A stretch of 48,245 nt of DNA, taken from contig NC_068984.1 in assembly GCF_001194135.2 (NCBI RefSeq), positions 67,537,634-67,585,878 on the forward strand, read 5' to 3'. The position numbers and the translations under genes are program-made. The notes under the pieces are model-generated. The model did no database searches. It saw nothing but the letters and a program-made list of their open reading frames with translations, and was not told the DNA's origin. Source of the stretch: Octopus bimaculoides. Its lineage: Eukaryota. Shown here in pieces: positions 38,145 through 48,245 of this stretch (within the stretch, counting starts at the first letter, position 1; each line of letters starts with the position of its first letter).

Positions 38145-39760
38145 TTGTTTCTTGCATTCAGCTCTGTGTTGAGTATTGCTCTCACCCTGCGATTCCGTCT
38201 CCTTCAATTACCCCTAGGTATTTGTAGCTCACTGCTAGTTCTAACTCTTTTATGACATTCTTGCGGTCAAGGTTAATGTTAGGTGTTTCTGTTATCTTTT
38301 CCTTTCATAAAGGTAGCTTTTGCACATTTATCGAGGCCAAATTGCATCCTAAAGTCACCACTGAATTGTTTAACAATCGTTAGTAAACCCTTGAGTTGTT
38401 GGTAATATTTTGCAAAGAGATTTGAATCATCCGTGTAAATGAGATGATTTATATTTTCATCAAATATTTTATAACCATATTGTGAATCATTGAGCAATTT
38501 TGAGAGAGGTATTAAGACTAGACAAAACAGGAGTGTTGATAGTGAGTCACCCTGGAAAATGCCACGTGAAATTCTTACATCTCCAGCATTTAGAGATTCA
38601 TTGTCACTGTTCAAAGTCAGTGTGGTTTTCCATGATCTCATGCTTACAAAGAATAAGTTTTGCAGAGTAGGAGCTATTTTATACATTCCCGCACATTTCT
38701 TAATCCAGTTATGTGGTAGGCTATGAAAAGCTAAACCTCTTTTTTATAGTCTATCAGGGCAAATGACAAGTTTTTGCATCGTTTGTGACAATCTTCTAAG
38801 ATCATCTTATTGATGAGTAGCTGATCTTTACAACCATAAGATCCACGTTTACATCATTTTTGTTCATTAGAGAATATGCGACTTTCTATTAAGAAGCTAT
38901 AGGTATATTCAGTCAGGCCAGATGTTAGCGTTTTATATGTTGTTTTTAAGCAGGTTATGGGTGGGCAATTTTGTGTTCATTTGTTTCTTCATTTTTTGGA
39001 AGTAGGAATGTTAAACCATTAACTAGCCAAGAGGGAATCATACTAGGATGTTGCAAAACATCGTTGTAAAGTTTTGTTAGCAGTACATGGCTCTGTGGGA
39101 AGACATTCAACCAGAAGTGAAGAATTTTATCCTTTCCTGGAGACTTCCATTTGCTTGACCTCCTGAGAGCAGATCTTATATTTTCTACTTTGACACCCTC
39201 CCACTTTTGCTCCTCTAAGGGTTTTAAGTCTGAATATATTCTATCAATCTAAGGGGCCTTTTCATTGTGTGTGTTTATCTTCTGCCCAAATTTTATTCCA
39301 AAATTCCTGCATTTCTTTTGATGGGACAGACTTTACTGTAACTGATATTTTCTCTATCTTCCTGAAAAACATTTTTGGGGTTACTTTTGAACATGTTGTT
39401 GGCCTTGAAGAATCTAACACGTTTTTCATACCTTGCTATGCGGACCGCTTTAGCACGTACCTTTTGCTTGATAGTTTCTATGGTGGTATGAATGTCATGT
39501 ATGGTTTTCATATTATATTTTTTCTTTAATTTTCCGGTTTTTGTAGGTTTGATAGCCTTGTAAGTCTTAAGGCTTTTTAAACATTCTGTCAGACTTAAGT
39601 AGCTTAATTTGGTGTTGAATATGCTCTTGCCAAGAAGGCTTTTTGTGAGAATGTTGTCGTGTTCTAATCTTTTCACCACATAGAATCGTTGAGATTTTCG
39701 CGGATGCATAGTACACGTGGTTGAGATCTGTAATATCATCATTAGCTGAAATTATATCCT
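38145..39760 (-). mobile_element. R4/Dong-clade non-LTR retrotransposon: pre-RT region plus reverse transcriptase, pseudogenised and 3'-truncated
   Basis: The minus strand gives ...TIETIKQKVRAKAVRIARYEKRVRFFKANNMFKSNPK..., WKSPGKDKI..FWL, ILEDCHKRCKNLSFALIDYKK, RGIFQGDSLSTLLFCLVLIPLSKLL...INHLIYTDDSNLFAK...FGLDKCAK and KELELAVSYKYLGV. The 'GIFQGDSLS.LLF...L.PLS' and 'HL.YMDD.KL' motifs are typical of RLE-type R4/Dong RTs. Confidence 0.9.
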
Positions 39761-39828
39761 TAGGTGCTAGGCGGATTTTACCAATTATTTTCAGATTTTA
39801 GTTAAAATGTTATTAATTTTATTATCAT

Positions 39829-39872
39829 TAAGGTGGCGAGCTGGCGGTATCGTTAGCAATCCGGGCAAAATA
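39829..39872 (+). mobile_element. SINE family A head fragment
   Basis: 'aaggtggcgagctggcggtatcgttagcaatccgggcaaaat'. Confidence 0.7.
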
Positions 39873-40334
39873 GAAGTTCATTTTAAATCCAATTTGATTA
39901 TTTGATTGTGTGATGCTAAGGTGACAGTAAAAGGTGTTTGCAATTATGTACATTTAAAATGACTTTTGACGACGTTTACAGATTAAAATGTTTTGGAGAT
40001 TACATAGACAATATTTTTCGTAGATTACATAGACAACATTTTCTGAATTTCTCCCATTTTGGAATTTCCTGGTATCTGACATAGGTAGTAACCAGTCTCT
40101 TTTTCTATCACGCCGAGAGCACCTATGACTACAGGTATTGTTTTAGTCTTGAGGTTCCACGTTTTACCAATTTTATTTCAAGAATATTATACTAGCTCAC
40201 ATTTTGGTAGGTCTTGACATATAATTTTAAGTCGTTTGGGGCAGTCATATCGATGAGGAAGAATGATTATTGTCTTAAAACTTTCAATATAATGTCTCAC
40301 CTATTTGCATCTGTCTTTCAGTCATTTTGAACAG

Positions 40335-40530
40335 TTCGAAGGGAGTGAGATGTGATCATTTTCAGGCACTGGGGGTAGTTTGTGTTCCCACTAGCTTTTA
40401 TCATGGGTCAGGTCTAAGTCTTTCCAAGCTACCCAGTGAATACACCGTGCTGATCTGTCATGCTTGCTAAGATACTCTATAGGCGCATGACGGCTGCACA
40501 TGGAGACAACACGATCGCTGGTTATGATGA
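40335..40530 (-). mobile_element. R4/Dong-clade LINE C-terminal fragment (zinc-knuckle / pre-RLE region)
   Basis: The minus strand reads DRVVSMCSRHAPIEYLSKHDRSARCIHWVAWKDLDLTHDKS*WEHKLPPVPENDHISL (cf. 'DH.VSGC..LA..EY..RHD.VA.YIHW..CK.......WWEH.P..V.EN'). Confidence 0.8.
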
Positions 40531-40539
40531 GTATTCTTC

Positions 40540-41010
40540 TTATTATTATTGAGTGAGCAGTGCGTGCCAGTAATGTGACTGATGAGGATACATCAGACAC
40601 ATACATCACAACCATATGTGCACGACATGGTGATCTGATATCAAGATAAACAGCGTATGACTTGGCAGGTTAGAATTTCCTTCAGGATAAGTAGCTCAAA
40701 CCACTCAAAAGGCCCCTGAATAAGGGTTGTTTAAGGATGTTGAACAAAATAGCCATGTTTCTAAAGGTGTATTATCCAAACCCCAAAGAATTCCTCTTTT
40801 GCTCATGATCAGAGATGCACATTACGTTACCCACTAAAGAACATGCTCGACTGGTTAAAGTCAAGCAATTGACAAGCAAAATTATGGTACTGAGCAGAAT
40901 ATTTGCTGCAGTCCATCATTTATACCAAGACAAGACAATGTACTTGATAACACTTCCAATCAGTTAAGATCAGACTCCATCAGAGCCAGTGCCTGGTACT
41001 GCTTCAAGAC
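40540..41010. repeat. Octopus-type interspersed repeat (unclassified; bounded by ATT/AAT runs)
   Basis: Starts 'ttattattattgagtgagcagtgcgtgcc...', which resembles a common Octopus repeat from memory. Class not determinable here. Confidence 0.45.
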
Positions 41011-41014
41011 ATTT

Positions 41015-41066
41015 AATGATAAACATAATGATAATAATAATAATGATAATAATAATAATAATTCTC

Positions 41067-41097
<31 letters not shown>

Positions 41098-41108
41098 TTA
41101 TTATTATG

Positions 41109-41197
<89 letters not shown>
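41015..41197. repeat. Compound microsatellite (AAT)n-(CTT)n-(ATT)n, followed by a SINE-A 3'-end fragment (about 41200-41260, minus strand)
   Basis: Directly visible. Confidence 0.95.
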
Positions 41198-43527
41198 CCT
41201 TTCTACTATAAGCACAAATCCTGAAATTTTGGGGATGGTGGTAGTCGCTTACATCAGTTTGCATTTTGATGTTCATTGCATTGAATTTGTTAGCATAAAC
41301 ATAAATTTAATATGATTATGATGTGATCAATCTATGTGAAACATGACATTTAGAGCAGCAATCTAATGGCGTTGTAACAAATTATAAAAATAACAGCATA
41401 TGTTGTTTTTGTAGTAACGGAGATAGATTGTTTCTACAATATCGTTAACTGTAGTCTATATTAAAAGAAATATACAAGTTATATGTGGCAATAGGTAGAT
41501 GCAAATATTATATAAGCATAAACACTACTACAGCATTTATACGGTCTCTAGGTAGGTATCATAATAAAACTAATATTCGCACAGTGTTATATATATTTGG
41601 CATTTATAACCAAGCATATCTCTGGAAAATTAACTTTCTTCTCAGTGCAGACGGTTAATTTAATCATCTCTAACTCTGCAACTGACTATAACTCTGCAAT
41701 TCAATAAATGTGCGTGTCAATTTCTTACTCGGATAAGTATTAATGACATATATGCGAAGCAACTTGGGTTTGCATTACTGAATTTAATTAATATTGCCTG
41801 TAATCCTGCAAGTGTATTGATGTCATAGTATTAACTTTGGGAATTATATGTAATATAATCTAAATGAAGAGGAGGCCTATTGAAAGGGAGTTGTCATGAG
41901 ATGGCTAGAATAAATAGCAGAATATTTGAGTTATTAGCTTCTTTTCTACAGTCAAAGCTGTGTCTTCAATGTCATTTCTACCTCTGCTTTAGTGATTTAA
42001 GTGTCACGTATTGTCGAATCAGGTCCACTCAAACCTTTCGAAACACTAACCTTCTTTCCTTCGTCACCCATATTGTGTCCACTTTCAAGCAATATACCAG
42101 CCACATTTCGTAGTTCATTTTTTTCAGAACGTCAGTCGTCTAGGATTCCCTTATACGTATTTTCTAGCAGTGATTGACTTATAGTTGCACAAGATGAATA
42201 TATATCAATAGCATCGGTGTGACAAGTCTCTACCAAGCCAACCAAACTATATCAATTGAATCGACTTCAAAATTCTTCCACCTGAAAACTGGATATTAGG
42301 TATATGAAAACCAATAATTTCCAGAAATCCATTAAATCGAATAGTTAATTTAGTATCGAAGTATTTGTAGATATGCCTCAATACTTTTTCGGTAAAATAG
42401 GTGGAATGCTGTGTATTATCAATGATTGGTAGTAAAAGGTAGATTTTATATTATGATTGTTAATTATTGAGGATAACTATTGTGAGTATGACGATAATTG
42501 TGAAGGCAATACTGAAAATTAGAACGAAAGAAAAAAATTAAATATAAACATGCATACGACCAGTGGAGTTTTTTTTATTGTGAAATCAAGTATTAATTGC
42601 ATTATTGACTGACGTTTATAGCGTGTGATGTGTATATAAATATATTAATATATTTCATATACAGAAAGTAAATCCAAACGATTTGCATTAAAATATCTTT
42701 ACTCGATAACCGTTAATTTTCAGCAACTACATTCAGATTGTACGAAAGATAATTACCAATGTTTCATATTAATTCAAATTATGATATCCTTAAAATTATT
42801 CAGTATAGTTGGTGCATTATGTGGAAAACTACTGAACACTAATAACCCGGTCTCATATTAGGAAATGATAATAAAAAAAAAATCTACTTGCTGACCAGTT
42901 CTAAACGTTCCCTAATTCTAGCTTGTTCTCGGCTACAGAAATGATTACACCTTCAGGATAGGTGTATTTAAATTTCGGAGAATTTACACGTACACAATTT
43001 GAATAATGAAAAATATACAAGTATAAATAACGTATTTATAACTACCTCTTATACGTTTTGTACTAGTAGAGTACATGGAAATTTATGAAGATGTATCTCA
43101 TGTTGTGGAACGATCGGATAGCAAATTTAACAATTTAATATACATAGACGTAAAGTGTAGTTGCGTTCGGAAAATTTAAATGCGTTTATATTGGAAAGAC
43201 ATGCATAAAAATTGGCATGCATATACTATAAAGGGTTACGATAATTGAACCATTCCTATAGATATTGCCTAAGGAGATTTACATATGGTCGATATCAGCA
43301 TTAAAAAAATTGACAGTAAAGTTAGTCCTGTCATTCTTGAAGTCATGTGACGAAATCTAATGAAAATGATTACATGGGGGAAAGAGGAAATCAATATAAA
43401 TTTAATATGACTGGTAAGCTTAGAGTGAAGATGTAGAAATCTGTCTAAAACTGGAAATGGAAATCAGTTTGCAAAAGTATTGTACAGTGAGAGAACATCG
43501 CAGGGTCCAAGGAGGCAGAATAATGTA

Positions 43528-43825
43528 CGAAGATATGTGAGCTCAACAGAAGATCCCTTTAGAACCAGATTTAACAACAGCAAAATGGCCTACAATATCC
43601 AAGAGAGGAGAAATGACGCAGGTTTAGCAAGGCACATATGGCCGTCGAAAGAAAGCGCCGTGGAATACAGCATGGATTGGAGAGTACTGAAAAAAGGAAA
43701 ACCTAACATGGATAGTAGTGGATGTTGCACGCTGTGACTGGCGGGGGGGAAACAATGATACTAAATAACTCTCGGCACCCCTGATACCTAGCTACACAGT
43801 AAAAGTGAAATTTTCCTATCACATG
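43528..43825 (+). mobile_element. Penelope-like element, GIY-YIG endonuclease domain, pseudogenised
   Basis: Reads RRYVSSTEDPFRTRFNNSKMAYNIQERRNDAGLARHIWPSKESAVEYSMDWRVLKKGKPNMDSSGCCTL*L...LHSKSEIF, matching PLE 'Y.G.TE..FK.R.NNH...F......T.LS..IW.LK.....W..L...Y......C.LC..EK..I...LN..SE'. Confidence 0.85.
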
Positions 43826-44172
43826 AGGGTATGTTTGCACTTGGTTGCTGGCGGACCACGCCATAAATATAAATATCAAAGCTGCAACCATCGGTATTTG
43901 CCATCCACATAATCTGAGGATGTGGCACAGTGAGTGCCATACCAAACATATTGCACACACACACACAAACACACCTATGTGCTCTCCACACTTTTTTACA
44001 TTTGAATCTTTCTCCATCTCATCCACAATTGCTCCTTCAACTGCATACATATCGACTCAATCCTGCCAGTACACCAGCCCCAATATTTTTAGTGTTGCTT
44101 AATATATTTTGCTAAAACTGCTGTTTCTTTTCAGATATCATCAGCAAAAGGTAATTGACATTCATTAAAATC

Positions 44173-44300
44173 ACAGATCTATCAGACTTTAGCTTATTTC
44201 CGACCACCGGCCAAGTATACTTGTGGAAGCACCCAAAAGAAGCATTTGACGCAGACCGCCTTCTACCAACTGTTAAACATGGGGAAGATCTGTGATGATC
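44173..44300 (+). mobile_element. Tc1 transposase fragment, running into an assembly gap
   Basis: Reads DFSLFPTTGQVYLWKHPKEAFDADRLLPTVKHG/(frameshift)RSVMI, matching Tc1 'DES.F.LF...GRVYVWR...EA..P.CL.PTVKHGGGSVM.W'. Confidence 0.85.
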
Positions 44301-45046
44301 NNNNNNNNNNNNNNNNNNNNNNNNNNNNNNNNNNNNNNNNNNNNNNNNNNNNNNNNNNNNNNNNNNNNNNNNNNNNNNNNNNNNNNNNNNNNNNNNNNNN
44401 NNNNNNNNNNNNNNNNNNNNNNNNNNNNNNNNNNNNNNNNNNNNNNNNNNNNNNNNNNNNNNNNNNNNNNNNNNNNNNNNNNNNNNNNNNNNNNNNNNNN
44501 NNNNNNNNNNNNNNNNNNNNNNNNNNNNNNNNNNNNNNNNNNNNNNNNNNNNNNNNNNNNNNNNNNNNNNNNNNNNNNNNNNNNNNNNNNNNNNNNNNNN
44601 NNNNNNNNNNNNNNNNNNNNNNNNNNNNNNNNNNNNNNNNNNNNNNNNNNNNNNNNNNNNNNNNNNNNNNNNNNNNNNNNNNNNNNNNNNNNNNNNNNNN
44701 NNNNNNNNNNNNNNNNNNNNNNNNNNNNNNNNNNNNNNNNNNNNNNNNNNNNNNNNNNNNNNNNNNNNNNNNNNNNNNNNNNNNNNNNNNNNNNNNNNNN
44801 NNNNNNNNNNNNNNNNNNNNNNNNNNNNNNNNNNNNNNNNNNNNNNNNNNNNNNNNNNNNNNNNNNNNNNNNNNNNNNNNNNNNNNNNNNNNNNNNNNNN
44901 NNNNNNNNNNNNNNNNNNNNNNNNNNNNNNNNNNNNNNNNNNNNNNNNNNNNNNNNNNNNNNNNNNNNNNNNNNNNNNNNNNNNNNNNNNNNNNNNNNNN
45001 NNNNNNNNNNNNNNNNNNNNNNNNNNNNNNNNNTATATATATATGT

Positions 45047-45468
45047 TCTTTTATATGTTTCATTTATTAGACTGCGGCAATGCTGAGGCAATTCGTGACA
45101 GGGTTTTAGTCGAACGAATCGACTCCAGTATTTAATTTTTACCTAATACATATCATCTCATTCTTTATTGTTAACTCTATTTATTTGTTAACTTCTCTCT
45201 AGTCTAGCTGTTTAGCTAGACTAGAGAGAAGTTAACAAACCAACAGCAGTTGTCTAGCGGTTGTGGTGTAAAACGCGCGCGCGCACGTACACACGCATAC
45301 ACACGAACACACGTGCATGATGTTTCCTCATGTTTCTCACCAACAAATCCACTCAAAAATGTCTGGTGATATAGCAGAAGTCAGTCACCAAACGTGCCCC
45401 GCAAGTGGAACTGAACCCCGAACACTGCGGTTCGGAAGCAAACTTCTTACAAAATAGTCACATCTGCG
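45047..45468 (-). mobile_element. SINE family B, near full-length
   Basis: Plus strand shows 'gactgcggcaatgctgaggca...gggttttagtcgaacgaatcgactccag', an internal CA/CG microsatellite, and 'caaatccactcaaa...gcaagtggaactgaaccccgaacactgcggttcggaagcaaacttcttac' (tRNA head on the minus strand). Confidence 0.8.
45184..45239. repeat. Perfect inverted repeat: 26-bp arms, 4-nt loop
   Basis: tttgttaacttctctctagtctagct-gttt-agctagactagagagaagttaacaaa; the arms are exact reverse complements. Confidence 0.98.
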
Positions 45469-45557
45469 GCTGAGATTAGTAGCATACCCCACTGTGAACT
45501 GAGCTCCAGTTTTCACGTGAACGTTTACAGCCATACTACCGATTACAGTCTCTCTCT

Positions 45558-45671
45558 GTATGTGTGTGAGTGAGTGTGTGCGTGCGTGTGTGTATGTGTG
45601 TATGCATGTGTGTGTATGTGTGTATGTGTGTGTGTGTGTATGTGTGTGTGTGTGTGTGTGTGTATGTGTGT

Positions 45672-45702
<31 letters not shown>
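45558..45702. repeat. (TG)n/(TGTA) microsatellite
   Basis: Directly visible. Confidence 0.97.
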
Positions 45703-47089
45703 ATGTAAACGTCAGTAGATTATTTCGGTAACGATAGATTACTTTGTACTTTTTCAAGTAAGTCTAATAATTTGTATTTCGTACATATTACTGTACAAAC
45801 CACAACGGATTCAATTTGTTATGAAACGCCTCTTCGCACGAAATACATTTGTCATACTTATATTTTATGACAAAAGACTCATTGAATGGAAAATTAAATT
45901 AAGATGCTCCATATATCACTAAGGTAATGTTTATAATAATATATTTATACTCATACATGTATGTCTCCGAAAAAAAATCTCATGCATCCTAACTAAATTT
46001 AACTTCCCGATTAAACTTGATGACATGATGAAAACAAATCAGTTATTGATTTCTTTGTATATTTGTCTGATTTATAATGAGAAATACAATACATTTCCAC
46101 TGATTCCTGTCTCAAAGTATCAGCAGTGTATGTGAAATAATTTTGCTTCAGTCAAGAATAGATTTATTTCTAAATTCAGTTGTAAACACAATGATGTTAG
46201 GTTGACATAAGCAAATACTATATTAAGTTATAAATTACATTGTGTTCCTCTACGTTACGTTGTTGTGTAGTTATGAAATCTGGAAGCACAAAAGTTCTTA
46301 TATCCTCTCTATTAATATTATCAACGTCGTTTTTTTCCAGCCCTATCTTTGCTTATCATAAAGCAATATAGCTCTACGTTCCCTCAAACACTAACCAATT
46401 TATTTATAGTTCTGAACAATGAATCGGCCTCAAACAAATGATTATTTCGCATACAATATATTTACTGGTGTAGATATTCCTGACGGGTACTCGTATATGA
46501 CAAGTAGATATCATAATACATATTCAGGCAGAGAAGCAGACTGAAATATCACGAGTGTTAATCTGTGCATTTAGTTCCAAATCCCAGTAGTTGTAAGCTT
46601 CTCCAAATGGATGAAAATTCCGTAATGGTATTTATTCTGTAGACATATTTATTGAAGAAAACACAACAAAAGTATATTTCATAACACTGATAAGCATTTA
46701 TACTTGGAAATTCTTATCTATTATTTATATATTTATGTATTTGCAGCTTGTAGAAAGCAGAGAGAGAGAAACACACACTAAGAGACATCATATTCAAATT
46801 AATTCCTTTTGGATAAACTCATCTGAAACACAGACAATACAGATGGGTGGTTCTGATAAGGGGGTATTATACCAAGACTTACTAAAATAAATTAACCTAT
46901 GAAGTAAAGAACTTTAGACAGGAATTAAAATATATCTTTATTGACAGCTGATGTGTTTACAAAATTCCTGGAAATACACGCTTCCTGCATATAAATAGAT
47001 TATATTTATTAATATACATTGAACTAGTTTAATAAGATACATACATAACGACTGAATTTATTCTTGGTAATATTAAAATATATTCGAAT

Positions 47090-47295
47090 GTGGTGAACCG
47101 TTAGAATCGTTAGCACGCTGTGTCAGATGCTTAACGGCATTTCGTCCGTCTCCATGCTCCGAGTTCAAATTGCGCCTAGATCTCTTTTGTCATCCGATCA
47201 GAGTCGATAAAATAAGTACCAGTTAAACACTCAGGTCGATGTAATCCACTTCCCCACTCCCCGGAAATAGCTGGTTTCTGCCAAAATTTGAATTC
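47090..47295 (+). mobile_element. SINE family A, full-length copy
   Basis: 'gtggtgaaccgttagaatcgttagcacg...gagttcaaattgcgcc...gtcgataaaataagtaccag...ctgccaaaatttgaattc'. Confidence 0.9.
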
Positions 47296-47307
47296 AATAT
47301 TGTATTC

Positions 47308-47525
47308 GTTTCAAACTTTGGCACAGGATCAGCAGGTTCCGGAGGAGTGAGGTTTACTCTATCATACCAAACCCTCTATTAAACTGCTACTTATTATATC
47401 GACAGCGAATGGATGAAATATAAAATCAACCTGATCAGAATTTGAACTCAGAGCGAAATGTTACTAAGTATGCTAACTCTGCATGCTAACGCCGTGTGAT
47501 AATGATTCTGTCAGTTCTCCACCTT
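47308..47525 (-). mobile_element. SINE family A, diverged full-length copy
   Basis: 'gtttcaaactttggcacagg...tatcgacagcgaatggatgaaa...agaatttgaactcagagcg...aatgattctgtcagttctccacctt'. Confidence 0.8.
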
Positions 47526-48213
47526 AAAACTTGTAATGAGTATTAAGATATATTCAAAGACGGTGAATTGGCAGAAACGTTAGCATCATTTTGTGATTTG
47601 ATCATTACGTGTTTCACTAACATAAGTACTTCTGCAAATATTCGAACTTTTACGTTTTCCTGAAGCTAGACATTTTACCAAACTACTTGTAATTGCATTT
47701 AAATTTATTAACCAAATCCCAAGTAGCAACTCATCCAGTGAAACTCATGAGATACACAAAATTTTGTTGACGGAAAATTGGATAACAATAACATAATTAC
47801 ATTTACTCTATACGATATAGCTCTACAAAGTCAAAGTTACATGAATCCATAGGATGCGAATAGGAATACAAGAGTTAAAGAATGGAATACACACACACAC
47901 GCACACGCACACATAATTAAGATTCAGTTGAATTAGGTACTTCAATTGAGGCACCTTGCTAGTTCGGTATAATCTTCACACCTCCACAATATTATTATTA
48001 GACACCCTGTAGGTGTTTTTGTACCCAATATTCCTGTCGTGTGTGTATACAATGCAACACAGCTAAGTGAAGATATCCGCTCTTGGTAATTCAGACGTAC
48101 TTTTTTTTTATAACGGTACTTTCCATAGTATTTCCCAAGTGCAGATTCCAAGTTAGGTGAAAAGAATATGAATAAGTAACAGTGATGTACAGAATTCATA
48201 AATCTCTCTCTCT

Positions 48214-48245
<32 letters not shown>

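Noticed and set aside
39997-40046. 25-bp tandem duplication (agattacatagacaa...)
   Set aside because: Ordinary local slippage duplication with no further structure.
41990-42130. Minus-strand frame ELRNVAGILLESGHNMGDEGKKVSVSKGLSGPDSTIRDT, possibly a Tc1-like N-terminus
   Set aside because: No TIR or downstream DDE motifs; resemblance too weak to call.
46420-46650. Protein-like short frames on both strands (e.g. PLRNFHPFGEAYNYWDLELNAQ on the minus strand)
   Set aside because: Interrupted by stops, no family recognised, and no consistent splice sites.

Overview
AT-rich, repeat-dominated eukaryotic DNA from a draft short-read assembly. There are 8 N-gaps, most flanked by (TA)n. The SINE families and the density of (TA)n/(TG)n/(AAT)n/(CATA)n microsatellites point to an octopod cephalopod, probably Octopus; this is inferred from remembered repeat consensus sequences, not a database search. 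No intact protein-coding gene, tRNA/rRNA gene or CRISPR array can be supported. Most ORFs in the supplied track are microsatellite or N-gap artefacts, and several others are decayed transposon ORFs. The window is a transposon graveyard. It holds about 11 copies of a tRNA-derived SINE with an (ATT)n tail (family A), two copies of a second SINE with an internal microsatellite (family B), and a third SINE remnant. It also holds R4/Dong-clade LINE fragments, two Penelope-like GIY-YIG fragments, several mariner/Tc1 fragments, a TA-flanked MITE, a hAT MITE with an 8-bp TSD, a decayed Charlie/Buster-like transposase and a Helitron helicase fragment. A few plus-strand segments (23.3-35.6 kb) look like exons of an unidentified gene, at low confidence. 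The most interesting observations are structural or evolutionary: a possible (ATT)n-targeted SINE / Dong-LINE partnership, a perfect 26-bp hairpin inside a SINE, closely spaced inverted SINE pairs (potential ADAR substrates), a fold-back mariner, and a 50-bp SRP-helix-8-like hairpin between 10-bp direct repeats. I found no convincing new biological system; all findings are hypotheses to test.
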